Assembly (NCBI GenBank): GCA_951812585.1
Contig: OX638318.1
Span: forward strand, 2,795,978 to 2,859,977
Length of the DNA stretch: 64,000 nucleotides
Source: Rhodothermales bacterium
GTDB taxonomy: Bacteria; Bacteroidota; Rhodothermia; Rhodothermales; Bin80
Reading direction: 5' to 3'
Shown: piece after piece, positions 47,168-57,703 of the stretch
How the letters are laid out: the number at the start of each line of letters is the position of its first letter
Numbering within the stretch: position 1 is the stretch's first letter
Made by a program: the position numbers and the translations under genes
The notes under the pieces: model-generated
Databases searched by the model: none
Told to the model about the DNA's origin: nothing
Seen by the model: only the letters and a program-made list of their open reading frames with translations

Positions 47168-48430
47168 CTATCGCAACACATGGCGGATGGCCTCAAGGTC
47201 GCCATCATTCGGCGCAGGCGCAACCCCCAGGACTGCGCAAAGCAGCGCGTATACATGAATGTTGGCGAAGCCATCCACGATAATCCCCTCCTTGAACGCA
47301 GGTCCGCGGGCTATAAAGATGCCGTGCATGGCCGCGTGCGCCGGATCGTAGCCGTGCGTGCCGCCATCGAACCGAGCCCTGTTGTTCTGGAAGTAGTCGC
47401 GGCTGGAAATGCGCCAGCCTACCTCTGCGATGCCGATGATGCTGGGGATACGGTGATGATCCTGGTAGTGCAGGCGCGCGGGGATTTCCTCCTTCTTGAA
47501 GAACGACACATGAGGCATGCGTTCCAGTCTCGCCAGTACGGTGTCCAGCGCCATGCCGTCCGGCTCCAATGCAAGGATCGGATCCCAGTCCGTTACGGCG
47601 ACTGCGTCCAGGCTGATGAAGTCGTCGAGCAGGACCACTGAATCGGCCGACGTGCTGGCCATGCCGTGATCGCTGGTGATGACGAGATTGACCGCATCCA
47701 GGAGATCTTGCGCTACGAGCCGCTCTACCAGCTGACCGAGGTATCCGTCGACAGCTGCGATGGCGCGTCGCGTTTCGTCTCCGTGCGGACCCGTCCGATG
47801 GCCTGCGCCATCCACATCCTCGAAGTACAAGGAGATCAGGTGCGGGCGTTCTGATGGCGGCCGGGCCAGTGCCTCCATCACCCAGTCCACGCGCGTTAGC
47901 CCGGGCACCTCTGAGTCAAACGTCTTGTAGTCATCGGGCCTTATGCCGTGGATTTCCGCCTCGGAGCCGGGCCAGAAATACATCGCGCTCCTTAGACCAG
48001 CCTTATGCAGGGTAACCCAGATGGGCTCGGCATCGTCCCACCAGCGCCCGTCAACGACTGCGCTGCGCGTGCCGAGGCTGAAGTACCCCAGTTCCGAATC
48101 CCGCATAGTGTTGCTGACGATGCCGTGTCCGTCCGCGTATCGGCCAGTCACCAGCGTATAGTGGTTCGGAAAGGTCTTCGTCGGGAAGATCGACTCCAGA
48201 TGCGCGGCCCAAACCCCTTCACGCGCCAGTGCATTGAGCGTCGTGGGCTCGAAGCGACTCAGGTAGTCCGGGTGAAAACCGTCCAGGGAGACCAGGATGG
48301 TGGTCGCTGCAGGCGGAGTGGAGCGCGGCGAGCTGACGCAGCCGGCGAGCATAGCCACTGCCGCAAGAGCAAAATGCAGCAGGCGCGGCAACAGCGCATA
48401 AGGGATTCTTTCGAGGCGGGGGAGCAGCAT
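47168..48430 (-). CDS. Ectonucleotide pyrophosphatase/phosphodiesterase (alkaline phosphatase superfamily), lipoprotein
   Basis: LVSLDGF, PTKTFPNHYTLVTG, TSDHGM and GTHGYD; lipobox LAGC. Confidence 0.92.
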   Translation of the reverse strand: MLLPRLERIPYALLPRLLHFALAAVAMLAGCVSSPRSTPPAATTILVSLDGFHPDYLSRFEPTTLNALAREGVWAAHLESIFPTKTFPNHYTLVTGRYADGHGIVSNTMRDSELGYFSLGTRSAVVDGRWWDDAEPIWVTLHKAGLRSAMYFWPGSEAEIHGIRPDDYKTFDSEVPGLTRVDWVMEALARPPSERPHLISLYFEDVDGAGHRTGPHGDETRRAIAAVDGYLGQLVERLVAQDLLDAVNLVITSDHGMASTSADSVVLLDDFISLDAVAVTDWDPILALEPDGMALDTVLARLERMPHVSFFKKEEIPARLHYQDHHRIPSIIGIAEVGWRISSRDYFQNNRARFDGGTHGYDPAHAAMHGIFIARGPAFKEGIIVDGFANIHVYALLCAVLGVAPAPNDGDLEAIRHVLR

Positions 48431-48908
48431 GCGGTGGTGCGGCAAGCGTGCAGTCTTGGAAGGCCGGGGGCACCTCGGCATGAAGGCGGCCGTCAGGAAG
48501 CACGAACGGCCCGCCCAAGATAGGCTGAATTCCGGTAATTATGTACCCAGGTGGTCCCTGCCCATGGTCTTTTCTGGTGGTCCAACCTGGAAGCTTGGCG
48601 AACGATATCGCCCGAGATCAGACGCGAAGGAAACGATGTTCCACCCGCCTCGGAAACAGGGCTGCTTATCGCCTTGCTGAGTCTCCGCAAACGAATGCTA
48701 TCCCCATGAATGCTGCTTCGGGTCGGGTATGTTGCAGATCAGTCAACGCGTACACATAAGCACCACCGATTTCTTTGGTTTCCACCGGTGGCTTGCTTGC
48801 GGTGAAAGTGTATCGCCGCCTTTACGTACCGGGCTGCATCCGAACGGGCGCTTGGTCAGGCGCACACGGCCTCGGAAACAGCCTGACAGCATGCCTGTTG
48901 CACATGCC

Positions 48909-49934
48909 ATGCGGATTGGTACTATTGAACTCGGCCCGCGCCCCTTGATGCTGGCGCCGATGGAAGATGTCTCAGATCCACCGTTTCGCGCGATCTGCAA
49001 GCGTTACGGCGCGGATGTGGTGTATACGGAATTCATCTCGTCCGGGGGCCTGGTTTATGATGCAGCGGATTCTGTGATGAAGCTGGACATTCGCGCGGAC
49101 GAGCGTCCGGTAGGCATCCAGATCTTCGGTGGCAACCTCGGCCAGGTTCAGCAGGCGACCGCCATCGTGGACGCGGCCGGGCCGGACATCATCGACATCA
49201 ATTTTGGATGCCCCGTCAGGAAGGTGGTATGCAAGGATGGCGGTGCGGGCATCCTGCGCAATCTGCCCAAGATGGAAGCCATCACGCGGGCCGTCGTTGA
49301 GATTTCCAGCTGTCCGGTGACGGTTAAGACGCGTCTAGGTTGGGATGATGCCTCGATTGCGATTACAGAGGTGGCCCGCATGCTTGAGGATTGCGGCATA
49401 GCGGCCTTGGCGGTGCATGCGCGCACCCGCAAACAGATGTACCGTGGTCACGCGCGTTGGGGCTATCTGAGGGACATCAAAGCCAGTGGGCTGCGCAGTA
49501 TACCGCTTATTGGCAACGGGGATGCGATGTCGCCGCAGTCTATTGCCCGGATGTTTGATGAGACGGGCGTGGACGGCGTGATGATCGGGCGGGGCGCTAT
49601 TGGAAACCCGTGGATCTTCAGGGATGCCAAAGCCTTTATGGAGACCGGCGCGGTGCCGCCGCGGCCCTCATGGCGCGAACGTATTGGCGTGGTCGCGGAG
49701 CATCTCGAACGCAAGTGCAACTGGCTTGGAGAGCGCCGGGGCGTGGCGGAGATGCGCCGCATGTACGGCGGCTATTTCAAGGGGTTCAGGCACGCCAGTC
49801 AGCTCAGGGCTCGCCTGATGAAGGCCACGGTTATGGATGAAGTGCTCGGCATTCTCTGGAGCTCACGGGAAAATGAGCCCGTTTGCATGCCTTCACGCAG
49901 GGTTGCCGTGCCGGCGGCGCTTACGCCGGCGTAG
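48909..49934 (+). CDS. dusB: tRNA dihydrouridine synthase DusB
   Basis: LAPMEDVSD, DINFGCP, TVKTRLGW, GNGD and MIGRGAIGNPW. Confidence 0.92.
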   Translation: MRIGTIELGPRPLMLAPMEDVSDPPFRAICKRYGADVVYTEFISSGGLVYDAADSVMKLDIRADERPVGIQIFGGNLGQVQQATAIVDAAGPDIIDINFGCPVRKVVCKDGGAGILRNLPKMEAITRAVVEISSCPVTVKTRLGWDDASIAITEVARMLEDCGIAALAVHARTRKQMYRGHARWGYLRDIKASGLRSIPLIGNGDAMSPQSIARMFDETGVDGVMIGRGAIGNPWIFRDAKAFMETGAVPPRPSWRERIGVVAEHLERKCNWLGERRGVAEMRRMYGGYFKGFRHASQLRARLMKATVMDEVLGILWSSRENEPVCMPSRRVAVPAALTPA

Positions 49935-51134
49935 TGCACCGATGAGGGCGTAATCCAAGCCGATCAACAGCAGCAGCAACGCGCCCAGTGCCGGGAGTGC
50001 CAGCCAGCGTTCAAAGATTACAAGGCCTCCCACAAAGCCTAGCAGGCCGCCCAGGTATTTGATGTAGTTGAACTGCTCGTTGCTCGAGTGCTTGATGAGG
50101 TCTTCCAGGCGCTGCTCATCAAATTCCTGCATCCTGCCAAGCAGCATGCTGTATATATCCTGCGTGCCCACAAACTGCTGAACGGCCCCGCTGGCCCACG
50201 CCTCCAAACCCGCGGAGTGTGAAGCTACATGATCGGGCAGCGTGTCCAATGCCGCATCCAGCTTGCTCAGCACGATTTCCAGTCCGCTGGGAACCTCTCG
50301 GACAATGCGATCAACGGCAGACCGCAGGGGGGCTTGGCCTAACTGCACCACGGCCTTAAGCGCCCGTCCGCCCACCGCGCTGTCGAGATTGTCTGCAATC
50401 CGACGCATTGTGAAGTCCGCTATTTCCTGACGGAAGGCCTCAGAGCTTATGGCTTCGTGCACATAGCGGTGGATGACCGATCGTATTTCCTCCCGGAACG
50501 CTTCATCCGTCAGGAGCTCGCGCAAGGCGCGCTGCGCCTCAGCAAGGAACTCCTGCACGATGCCGCTGTCATGAATGCCTTTTTGGATCACGTCGGTGCT
50601 GATCAGCTCCCGGTTAACCGCGCTGGCGAGCTGCACGACGATGCTGTCGCGCTGCGCCGGGATCACGCCTTGACCAAAGATGGGGTGACGTGTACGTGGT
50701 CTGAACAGCATCGTAATCGCTATCCAGTTCGTCAGAAACCCGATCAGGCCGCTAGAGCTGGTCACCAGCAGCAGCCCCTCGAGTGAGAGCACGCCTTCGC
50801 CCCATGGCAGAGCCAGGTCGCCCAGGTGCCAGGCCACTGTCTCACCACCTTGCACCATAAAGCGCAGTGCACCGTCCGCATACGCCACAGCGAGCCCGTC
50901 AAAGTCCCAGAAGAACGACAGCACAAAGAGAAAGCCCAGCACCCACGGAACGAAGCGGATCAGCAGCCGTGTAGTCGGGGACAGGGTAGGCAGGGCATCT
51001 GGGTCTGCCGGTGCCGGCGGCGGAGCAGGCGCGCGGACCGTGTGCAGGTGATGCCTGACGATGCCCCACAGGCCCGCGAGCGTTCCCGGAGCGTCTTCTT
51101 CTGCTGGCGCTGCGGGCATCTGTGGCGAGGGCAT
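49893..51134 (-). CDS. DUF445 family membrane protein
   Basis: GFLTNWIAITMLFRP, QGVIP and YIKYLGGLLG. Confidence 0.85.
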   Translation of the reverse strand: MPSPQMPAAPAEEDAPGTLAGLWGIVRHHLHTVRAPAPPPAPADPDALPTLSPTTRLLIRFVPWVLGFLFVLSFFWDFDGLAVAYADGALRFMVQGGETVAWHLGDLALPWGEGVLSLEGLLLVTSSSGLIGFLTNWIAITMLFRPRTRHPIFGQGVIPAQRDSIVVQLASAVNRELISTDVIQKGIHDSGIVQEFLAEAQRALRELLTDEAFREEIRSVIHRYVHEAISSEAFRQEIADFTMRRIADNLDSAVGGRALKAVVQLGQAPLRSAVDRIVREVPSGLEIVLSKLDAALDTLPDHVASHSAGLEAWASGAVQQFVGTQDIYSMLLGRMQEFDEQRLEDLIKHSSNEQFNYIKYLGGLLGFVGGLVIFERWLALPALGALLLLLIGLDYALIGALRRRKRRRHGNPA

Positions 51135-51139
51135 CAGCT

Positions 51140-51694
51140 CTACTGCAGCTGCAGCCGCGCGGCGCGGAGCTGCATGCCCGTGATGACGTTGGCGATATGT
51201 GTCGACAGCTCCACGCCAAACTCTTCGGCACCCTGCAAGATTTCTTCGCGGCTTACCGCGGCCGCAAAGGCCTTGTCCTTCAGCTTCTTGCGCACGGATT
51301 TGACCTTCATGCCTGTCATTTTGGTAGGACGCACATAGGCAACGGCTGTTATGAAGCCGGCCAGCTCATCGCAGGCAAAGAGTGCCTTGGCCATAAGGGA
51401 CATACGGGGCGTGCCGCTATAGGCAGCATGTCCCAGGATGGCGTCGGTGACCTCCGCCGGATATCCTAGACTCTTCAGTAGCGCTACGCCGACAAACGGA
51501 TGCTTATCACGGGTGGGGTGCCGCTCGTAGTCTAGATCATGAAGCAGGCCCGTGATTCGCCATAAGGCTACGTCCTGGTCCAGAAGGTTTGCATAGTGTT
51601 CCATGGCGGCTTCGACCGCGTACGCATGACGTCGGAGACTGTCCGACTGTGTCCACTCGTGAAAAAGCGTCAGTGCCTCGTCATAGGTTGGCAT
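51140..51694 (-). CDS. HDIG/HD-domain metalloprotein
   Basis: RRH, GLLHDLDYE, ACDELAGF and KLKDKAFA. Confidence 0.85.
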   Translation of the reverse strand: MPTYDEALTLFHEWTQSDSLRRHAYAVEAAMEHYANLLDQDVALWRITGLLHDLDYERHPTRDKHPFVGVALLKSLGYPAEVTDAILGHAAYSGTPRMSLMAKALFACDELAGFITAVAYVRPTKMTGMKVKSVRKKLKDKAFAAAVSREEILQGAEEFGVELSTHIANVITGMQLRAARLQLQ

Positions 51695-51696
51695 GG

Positions 51697-52614
51697 TCAG
51701 AATATGTCTACAAGGCGAATGTCCTTCAGGTACTTTCGCGGGTTCTGCTCAAAGTCCTCCAGCAGTCGGCGCAGCGCAGCCGCAGCTTCGGCGGTGCTGT
51801 TGTACAGCTGATCATCGGTAGCCAGCTTTCCCAGGGTACCGTGACCGCTGTTGATCCGCTCCAAAAATATATTAAGCGCTGCCGTCGTCCTAGCCAGCCC
51901 GGTCAGGTTGTCCTGCAGCTGTGCGATGACCCTGTTGAGTTCTTCCACGGTGGTGGTGAGAGAGTCCGCCGCCAAGGCAGACAGGGCATGAGCGAGCGTG
52001 CGCACATCTTCCAGGGTGGCCCCGATCTGGGCCGATTCGGCATTCAGCAAATCCGTAAGGGCGGTCGCCGTAGCGCCTACAGAATGTATGGATTGCCGGA
52101 GTTCACCTTCAGGGCTGCTCAGCAGCGCGTCCGTTGCGCTGAATGTGCTGGACGCGCCGGACAGCAGGCTGTCCAGCTGCGCGAGCAGCGCAGGCGCATA
52201 GGCCGCCAGGTCAGCCAGCATATCCTCTCGCGGGCTTTCCGGGATGATGTCGCCTGGGGCGTAGTAGGTCGTGTCGGGCGGTCCCAGGATCAGGTCCAGG
52301 CGCACATCGCCTACGAAGCCGAAGCCGCCGAGGATCGCCGTCGTGCCGTGTGGCAGGCGTACATCGGTGCTGACGGTGAAACCGACCCAGGCAGCGCCTT
52401 CATTGATGCGCACGTCGGTAACAGACCCCACATATACGCCATTGATGCGGACCGCATTGCCCGGTATGATGCCTGCGGCATCCTGGGCCACTGTGATGTA
52501 GGAGTGTGTGCCCGCGAACAGTGGCAGATCTCGAAAGAATCGCTGTCCGACGTAAAAGAGCAAGGCTGCCAGGACCAGCGATCCTCCGATCTGAACTTCT
52601 CTGCTGTACTTCAT
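51697..52614 (-). CDS. mlaD: MlaD/MCE family protein
   Basis: N-terminal TM, AAGIIPGNAVRINGVYVGSV and GHGTLGKL; in an operon with mlaF and mlaE. Confidence 0.85.
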   Translation of the reverse strand: MKYSREVQIGGSLVLAALLFYVGQRFFRDLPLFAGTHSYITVAQDAAGIIPGNAVRINGVYVGSVTDVRINEGAAWVGFTVSTDVRLPHGTTAILGGFGFVGDVRLDLILGPPDTTYYAPGDIIPESPREDMLADLAAYAPALLAQLDSLLSGASSTFSATDALLSSPEGELRQSIHSVGATATALTDLLNAESAQIGATLEDVRTLAHALSALAADSLTTTVEELNRVIAQLQDNLTGLARTTAALNIFLERINSGHGTLGKLATDDQLYNSTAEAAAALRRLLEDFEQNPRKYLKDIRLVDIF

Positions 52615-52626
52615 AAGGGAAAGCCG

Positions 52627-53391
52627 TTACGAATAAGCCTGCGCAGGATGGCCGATCGCGTACTCGTTGGCCTTCACGAAGGCGCGCAGCGTCCGGTCTT
52701 CGCTGCGGTGCAGTGCGTCGATGTCGCCGACCCAGTGCATGCGTGTTCTGTGGATGAATGCCACGCGGTGTGCAATGCTGAGCACCGAACGCATGTCATG
52801 CGTGACCACGATGCTGGTCACATCAAGTTGGTCAGCCAGGCCTTTGATCAGGTTATTGATCGTGGTTGAGGTATGCGGGTCGAGTCCACTGGTCGGTTCG
52901 TCGTAGAGGATGTAGCGCGGTTCCAGGGCGACGGCGCGCGCAAGCGCCACGCGCTTGATCATTCCGCCCGAAAGCTCGGAAGGTCGCTTCGTACCCACAT
53001 CAGACAGGTTAACCAGGTCCAGGCATCGGAGCACGCGATCGCGGACCTGCTGCTCGGTGCTGTCGGTGAAGGTGCGTATCGGAAAGGCTACGTTGTCAAA
53101 GGCGCTCATGGAATCAAACAGCGCGCCGCCTTGAAACAGTACGCCAAACTGTCGGCGCACCGTGCGCAGCTCCCTGTAGGAGATGCGCCCAATGTCGATG
53201 CCGTCCACCAGAACCCGTCCTTTGTCCGGCTGCAAAAGTCCAATGGCATGCTTCATGAGGACGCTCTTGCCTGATCCGCTGCGCCCAATGATAGCGAGGG
53301 TTTCGCCCTCTTGCATTTCGAGGGATACATCGCGCAGCACGGCGCGCCCGTTGAACGACTTGGATATGTTCTCCACGCAGATCATATGCAC
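52627..53391 (-). CDS. mlaF: MlaF ABC transporter ATP-binding protein
   Basis: GRSGSGKS, FQGGALFDSM, LSGGM, DEPTSGLDP and VTHD. Confidence 0.9.
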   Translation of the reverse strand: MHMICVENISKSFNGRAVLRDVSLEMQEGETLAIIGRSGSGKSVLMKHAIGLLQPDKGRVLVDGIDIGRISYRELRTVRRQFGVLFQGGALFDSMSAFDNVAFPIRTFTDSTEQQVRDRVLRCLDLVNLSDVGTKRPSELSGGMIKRVALARAVALEPRYILYDEPTSGLDPHTSTTINNLIKGLADQLDVTSIVVTHDMRSVLSIAHRVAFIHRTRMHWVGDIDALHRSEDRTLRAFVKANEYAIGHPAQAYS

Positions 53392-53401
53392 ATTCGGCTG
53401 C

Positions 53402-54163
53402 CTAAAGCAATACCAGTGCCAACACGAGGTCAGACAACAGGATATAGACGCAGCTGATCACCGCGGCCTGCGTGGTACTGCGGCCCACGCCTTCGGCGCC
53501 GCCCTCGGTGTAGTATCCCATGTAGCACGATATGGAGGTGATGACAAAGCCAAACACGAAGGACTTGATCAGCCCGAACATGGGCCCAAAGACCAGATAG
53601 TTTTCGCGGGCGCCGCGAATAAACTCGCCTGTGCTGACCACATCGGTGGCCACCGCGGCTGCCAGGCCGCCGCCCACGCCGACCAGCACGGCGGTAACGT
53701 ATAGCACGGGAAACATTATTATACCGGCCATGATCCGTGGTACGATCAGGTAGCCGATGGAGTTAAGTCCCATTGCTTCCAAGGCGTCTATCTGCTCAGT
53801 GACGCGCATGGTACCCAGCTCGGCTGCAATGCGGGCACCCACACGTCCTGCGAGGATAAACCCGGTGACGACGGCACCAAGCTCAAGAATCAGGGAGGGC
53901 ACGACGACTGCGCCGATGACCGACGGTGGGATGAAAGGCGAAACAAGCTGGTATGCGGTCTGCACGGTGGTGACAGCACCGGAGAAGGCGGCGGCGAGTG
54001 CCACTATAGGGATGGAGTCGATCCCTACGCGTCCGCACTGGACAATCAGATTCTTGCGGTAGACACTGAAATGGCCGAGTGACGTGAACCCTTTGGACAA
54101 CAGCAGTGCATATCGCCCAAGGCTGTATAGTGGCCGAATCAGCCGCTGCTCCAATGCAGCCAT
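53402..54163 (-). CDS. mlaE: MlaE ABC transporter permease
   Basis: ELG..AGRVGA..AELGTMRVTEQIDALEAMG and GGAEGVGRSTT. Confidence 0.92.
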   Translation of the reverse strand: MAALEQRLIRPLYSLGRYALLLSKGFTSLGHFSVYRKNLIVQCGRVGIDSIPIVALAAAFSGAVTTVQTAYQLVSPFIPPSVIGAVVVPSLILELGAVVTGFILAGRVGARIAAELGTMRVTEQIDALEAMGLNSIGYLIVPRIMAGIIMFPVLYVTAVLVGVGGGLAAAVATDVVSTGEFIRGARENYLVFGPMFGLIKSFVFGFVITSISCYMGYYTEGGAEGVGRSTTQAAVISCVYILLSDLVLALVLL

Positions 54164-55542
54164 ACTGTGCTTTTATCGTGCCGGGTTCAATGGTTTAGGG
54201 TGCCCGTTGTTTCGTGCATCAGGCGGGCGAGCCAGGCGCGGCTCCGTTTGTGATTGCCGCATCCCCACAGTCCGTCATGGCTAGGCCTCCCAAGTAGTCA
54301 TAAATCAGACTTACACAATGGCCTTCATAACGTTTGGCTTGCCGTTATGGAGGCGCAGCATCAGATCTTGCGTACGCTTCGGACCTCGGAGCCGGCCTTA
54401 CTGGCAACACTGGGCGCGCTAAGGTGACAATCACCTCAAATCACGGCGAAAACCTGGCTTTCAGGGCCATTTGTGCCCAAATCGGCCCAAAAACGACTAA
54501 AAAAGGTGTCAAAATGGGCCTACTGACTGCGCCGCGAGGGTGAGGCTGCGCCCGACTACTATGAAGTTCAGATTAGAATCGCCGCCTTGATCATCATACG
54601 TAAATTCCATTACAACAAAAGCCCCATGGGCTTGGCCTCGCTTAGGATCGCCGATCCTGCGAGCAAGATGGAAGCGGGGCGTACTGCCAAGGGGCGAATA
54701 CCCAGCAATACCGCGAATCCACAGACAGGTCCGACCCCCTGCCCCGAGCATGTCCCGGCACATGGCGTCTATGACAGCCTGCGCCGTCGGGTGTTTCCTG
54801 TCTATGTTGGGCGCACGTGCAGAGGAGTTCAGGTCTGAGGAGGAGATTGCTCAGACGTATCAGTTCTCCCGGACAACAAAGTTCTCGCGTGCTGCGCACA
54901 GGTACATTATCATTCTGGGACTAATCTTTGTAGGGTTATGGCGTGTGGTGCAGGTTGGCAATCCCACAGCATGCAGGCCCACGCTAGGTGACCGAGACCA
55001 AGTCGGAGGGACGAAATGCGTCGGAATACGCCCTAGATCACATCTTTACGTGGCCAACCAACTGCTGAGAGAGCCGTTTGCGCTGCGTGCAAACACGGAC
55101 TATGGGTTTCAGGGTAGGGTCCACTTTTTTCAACAGCGCTTGATTAAGGGGCATTGTATTGCTTAACATTACAGGCCAGCGTGGTCGTACCGATCTATCC
55201 AGCAGAATAACCGGCAGGTTTACAATTGGCTTTTACGTTGTTGGTGTAGGACTTCTTCTCCTCGCGGGGAAGGCTTGGTACGGTGCGACGAAAAGTGCCG
55301 CTGCGAGGTGTGCGGGGAGTTTTGCGGTTGCAGCGACGACGAGTAGCGTACAATGGAGGGTTATCTCTTCCGGTCGGCCCTAACTGGGGTCACGCCCGTT
55401 GCGGTCAAGTGGCTGAGTCGGTCCGTTATCTTCTTAAGTCGTTGATCTGGAGTAACCGCTGCATTGTGCCCGGCTGCAGTGCTGGCTTTTTCGCGGCTGG
55501 TATCTGATGCCGCTCTTCGGTCCACAAAGATATACATGTATA

Positions 55543-55971
55543 GACGAAACGGACGGAACCGGACGACTCACCGTGCACCGATCCAAGACCGACCAGGAAG
55601 GCGCCGGCGCCGTGCTCTACCTCGGCGCGCCCACTATGCAGCGCGTGCAGGCCTGGCTTACCCGTGCAGGCATTGGTGCTGGACCCGTGTTCCGATCGGT
55701 CCGCAAGGCCGGCAGCGCTATCGGCCCCCGACTCACCGCCCGTAGCGTATCGCGCATCATCCAGCGTGTCGCCGAGCCGCTGAGTATCACCGGGCGCGTC
55801 AGCTCACACTCGTTCCGGGTGGGCTCTGCGCAGTCGCTCGTTAAACGCGGCGCCACACTCACAGAGACACAACTCGCAGGCCGGTGGAAGTCACCACGCA
55901 TGCCCGCCCACTATGCCCGCGGCCAGCTCGCAGGACGCGGCGCCATGGCCCGGTTGCGCTACGGAGCGTAA
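55543..55971 (+). pseudogene. Tyrosine recombinase (Cre-like integrase) C-terminal fragment
   Basis: RSKTDQEG, HSFRVGSAQSL and AGRWKS..MPAHYAR (catalytic K, HxxR, W, Y); the N-terminal domain and first catalytic Arg are missing. Confidence 0.85.
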
Positions 55972-56226
55972 ATCCGCGTCAGGACGCGCATAGACGCACT
56001 GTGCTGCCGCTGTGCACACAACATGGGCTAGTAGCTATCACCCACGTACAGAACGCACACAGCGCCTTGTCAGGGCTATTATGCGCGCAGCGGGAATCTA
56101 GGCGCTCTATGCGCCCGCATTTGGTCTGATCTGAAATTCAGAAAATGGTCTGGGCTGTTGTATATTGGCTTATCGTGCCGAGGCCGGATACAAGGGCCGC
56201 GGTCTCCATTAACTCACACACCTAGC

Positions 56227-56532
56227 ATGTCATGTAAACGTATTCTACTTATCTCGATGGCAATAGCGTCACTCAGCCTACCAAAGCGGTTGTTTCTCAT
56301 CGGCATCCTTGCCGTGCTGGGGTACTTTGCTGGCGCGATGCTCAACCCAGTTGTATCGTTTGCCGATGAATCGCATTGCGACAACAACGTGTGCGAAAGG
56401 CTCAACCCTGGCCACCCAGATCATTTCTGCCTGCCTGGAAAGGTAGAAATGGAGCAAAATTGCACGGCCTACAAGACGAGCAATCCAGAGGATGGTCCTC
56501 ATTATCATTGCAAGATCGATTATGACTGTTAG
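56227..56532 (+). CDS. Secreted cysteine-rich small protein (six Cys in the mature part)
   Basis: Hydrophobic leader ending VVSFA; mature DESHCDNNVC...CKIDYDC. The start may be 56227 or 56257. Confidence 0.65.
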   Translation: MSCKRILLISMAIASLSLPKRLFLIGILAVLGYFAGAMLNPVVSFADESHCDNNVCERLNPGHPDHFCLPGKVEMEQNCTAYKTSNPEDGPHYHCKIDYDC

Positions 56533-57703
56533 CACCTTGTTGAGAGCACAGGCAGGGGAAAGTAAAGCCATACCTGGTCGTTGGCGCACGGCACTGCTGG
56601 TAGTGGTCCTGAGCATTGCAGCCTGTTGGGGGGGGGGCGATAGGAGTGTTACGTTTCACCCGACCGACGACAAGATTCCGGTAATCACTGATCCCAAGTT
56701 CGTGCTTCACGAGCAGGGGACCGCAGCGCCATGGGTGGACTTCACCGCCATGCAGAGGCAAGTCATCGGAGTTGAGGAAGGAGCTCATCATGAAATGATT
56801 GGCTTGCTAGCAGACTTGGCTATCGTCCCTGGAACACTTATAGTGTATGCGGACTTCCTGCACCAGGAAGTCCGCACTTACGACCGCCGAGGCAACTTCG
56901 TGGGAATTATTGGAACAGATGGCCAAGGGCCGGGAGAATTCACCCGACCCAGGAAGGTAGAGATTGCTGATGACGGGGAGCTGATCATTGTAGGGGATCT
57001 GGAATCCCGGATTCAACTGTTCCGGCGCCAAGACTCAACCTATGTGCTACAGCACTCCTTCCGGGTATCGACACCTTTCGGGGGTATCTGTGTGATGGAT
57101 AGGCATTTATACACAATTGGTTACTCGGGAGATTTGGACGGGGTCATTCACAAATACACCCTTGAGGGGGCGTATGTGACCTCGTTTGGAGCGCCCTACA
57201 AGACATCTACGTGGGGAGTGGCAGACTGGATTTCGGGCCGTGGAAGTCTGCAGTGCAATAAGAAGCATCGCGTAATCGCTTATACCAATCCATATTTTCC
57301 CATTCTTACCGGATACTCGGAAAGTGGAGACATGGTCTGGCGTGTCAAGTTTCCCGATGCCAGACTTGTGCGGGTCCAGGTGTCCAAGACAGCCAACGGA
57401 GCGCCTTCCGTCACAGAGGCAACTCATGAGATAGGCGATTCAAGAAGTTTCCAGGTCCTCTCGTCCGCAGAATCGGATGCACTCATTGTGAAGTATTACA
57501 CCTACGATATTAACAAGACAAGCAAGTGGCATTTGTTTCGCGTGGATGCGTCATCTGGGGAAGGCGCGTATCTGGGTTGGCATGCGGGGTGGCATGCTAA
57601 CGTTAAACTGCCAGTCCTGACTGCACTGGATGCGGAGCGCCTATATGCGCAGGTGATTGAGCCGTACCCTCAGATTGGAATCTATCAGCGGCAGGACCAA
57701 TGA
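56522..57703 (+). CDS. 6-bladed beta-propeller (NHL/TolB-like) protein, probable lipoprotein
   Basis: IGTDGQGPGEF signature, VIGVEEGAHHEMIG and signal LLVVVLSIAAC; contains a G10 tract. Confidence 0.8.
   Translation: MTVSTLLRAQAGESKAIPGRWRTALLVVVLSIAACWGGGDRSVTFHPTDDKIPVITDPKFVLHEQGTAAPWVDFTAMQRQVIGVEEGAHHEMIGLLADLAIVPGTLIVYADFLHQEVRTYDRRGNFVGIIGTDGQGPGEFTRPRKVEIADDGELIIVGDLESRIQLFRRQDSTYVLQHSFRVSTPFGGICVMDRHLYTIGYSGDLDGVIHKYTLEGAYVTSFGAPYKTSTWGVADWISGRGSLQCNKKHRVIAYTNPYFPILTGYSESGDMVWRVKFPDARLVRVQVSKTANGAPSVTEATHEIGDSRSFQVLSSAESDALIVKYYTYDINKTSKWHLFRVDASSGEGAYLGWHAGWHANVKLPVLTALDAERLYAQVIEPYPQIGIYQRQDQ

Noticed and set aside
48729-48908. N-terminal extension of dusB
   Set aside because: Family similarity begins at MRIGTIEL (48909); the upstream part looks like intergenic read-through.
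55507-55971. Integron integrase with a cassette array
   Set aside because: The fragment is Cre-like (HSFRVG, GRW), lacks the IntI-specific insertion, and no repeated attC-like sites were seen between the downstream genes.
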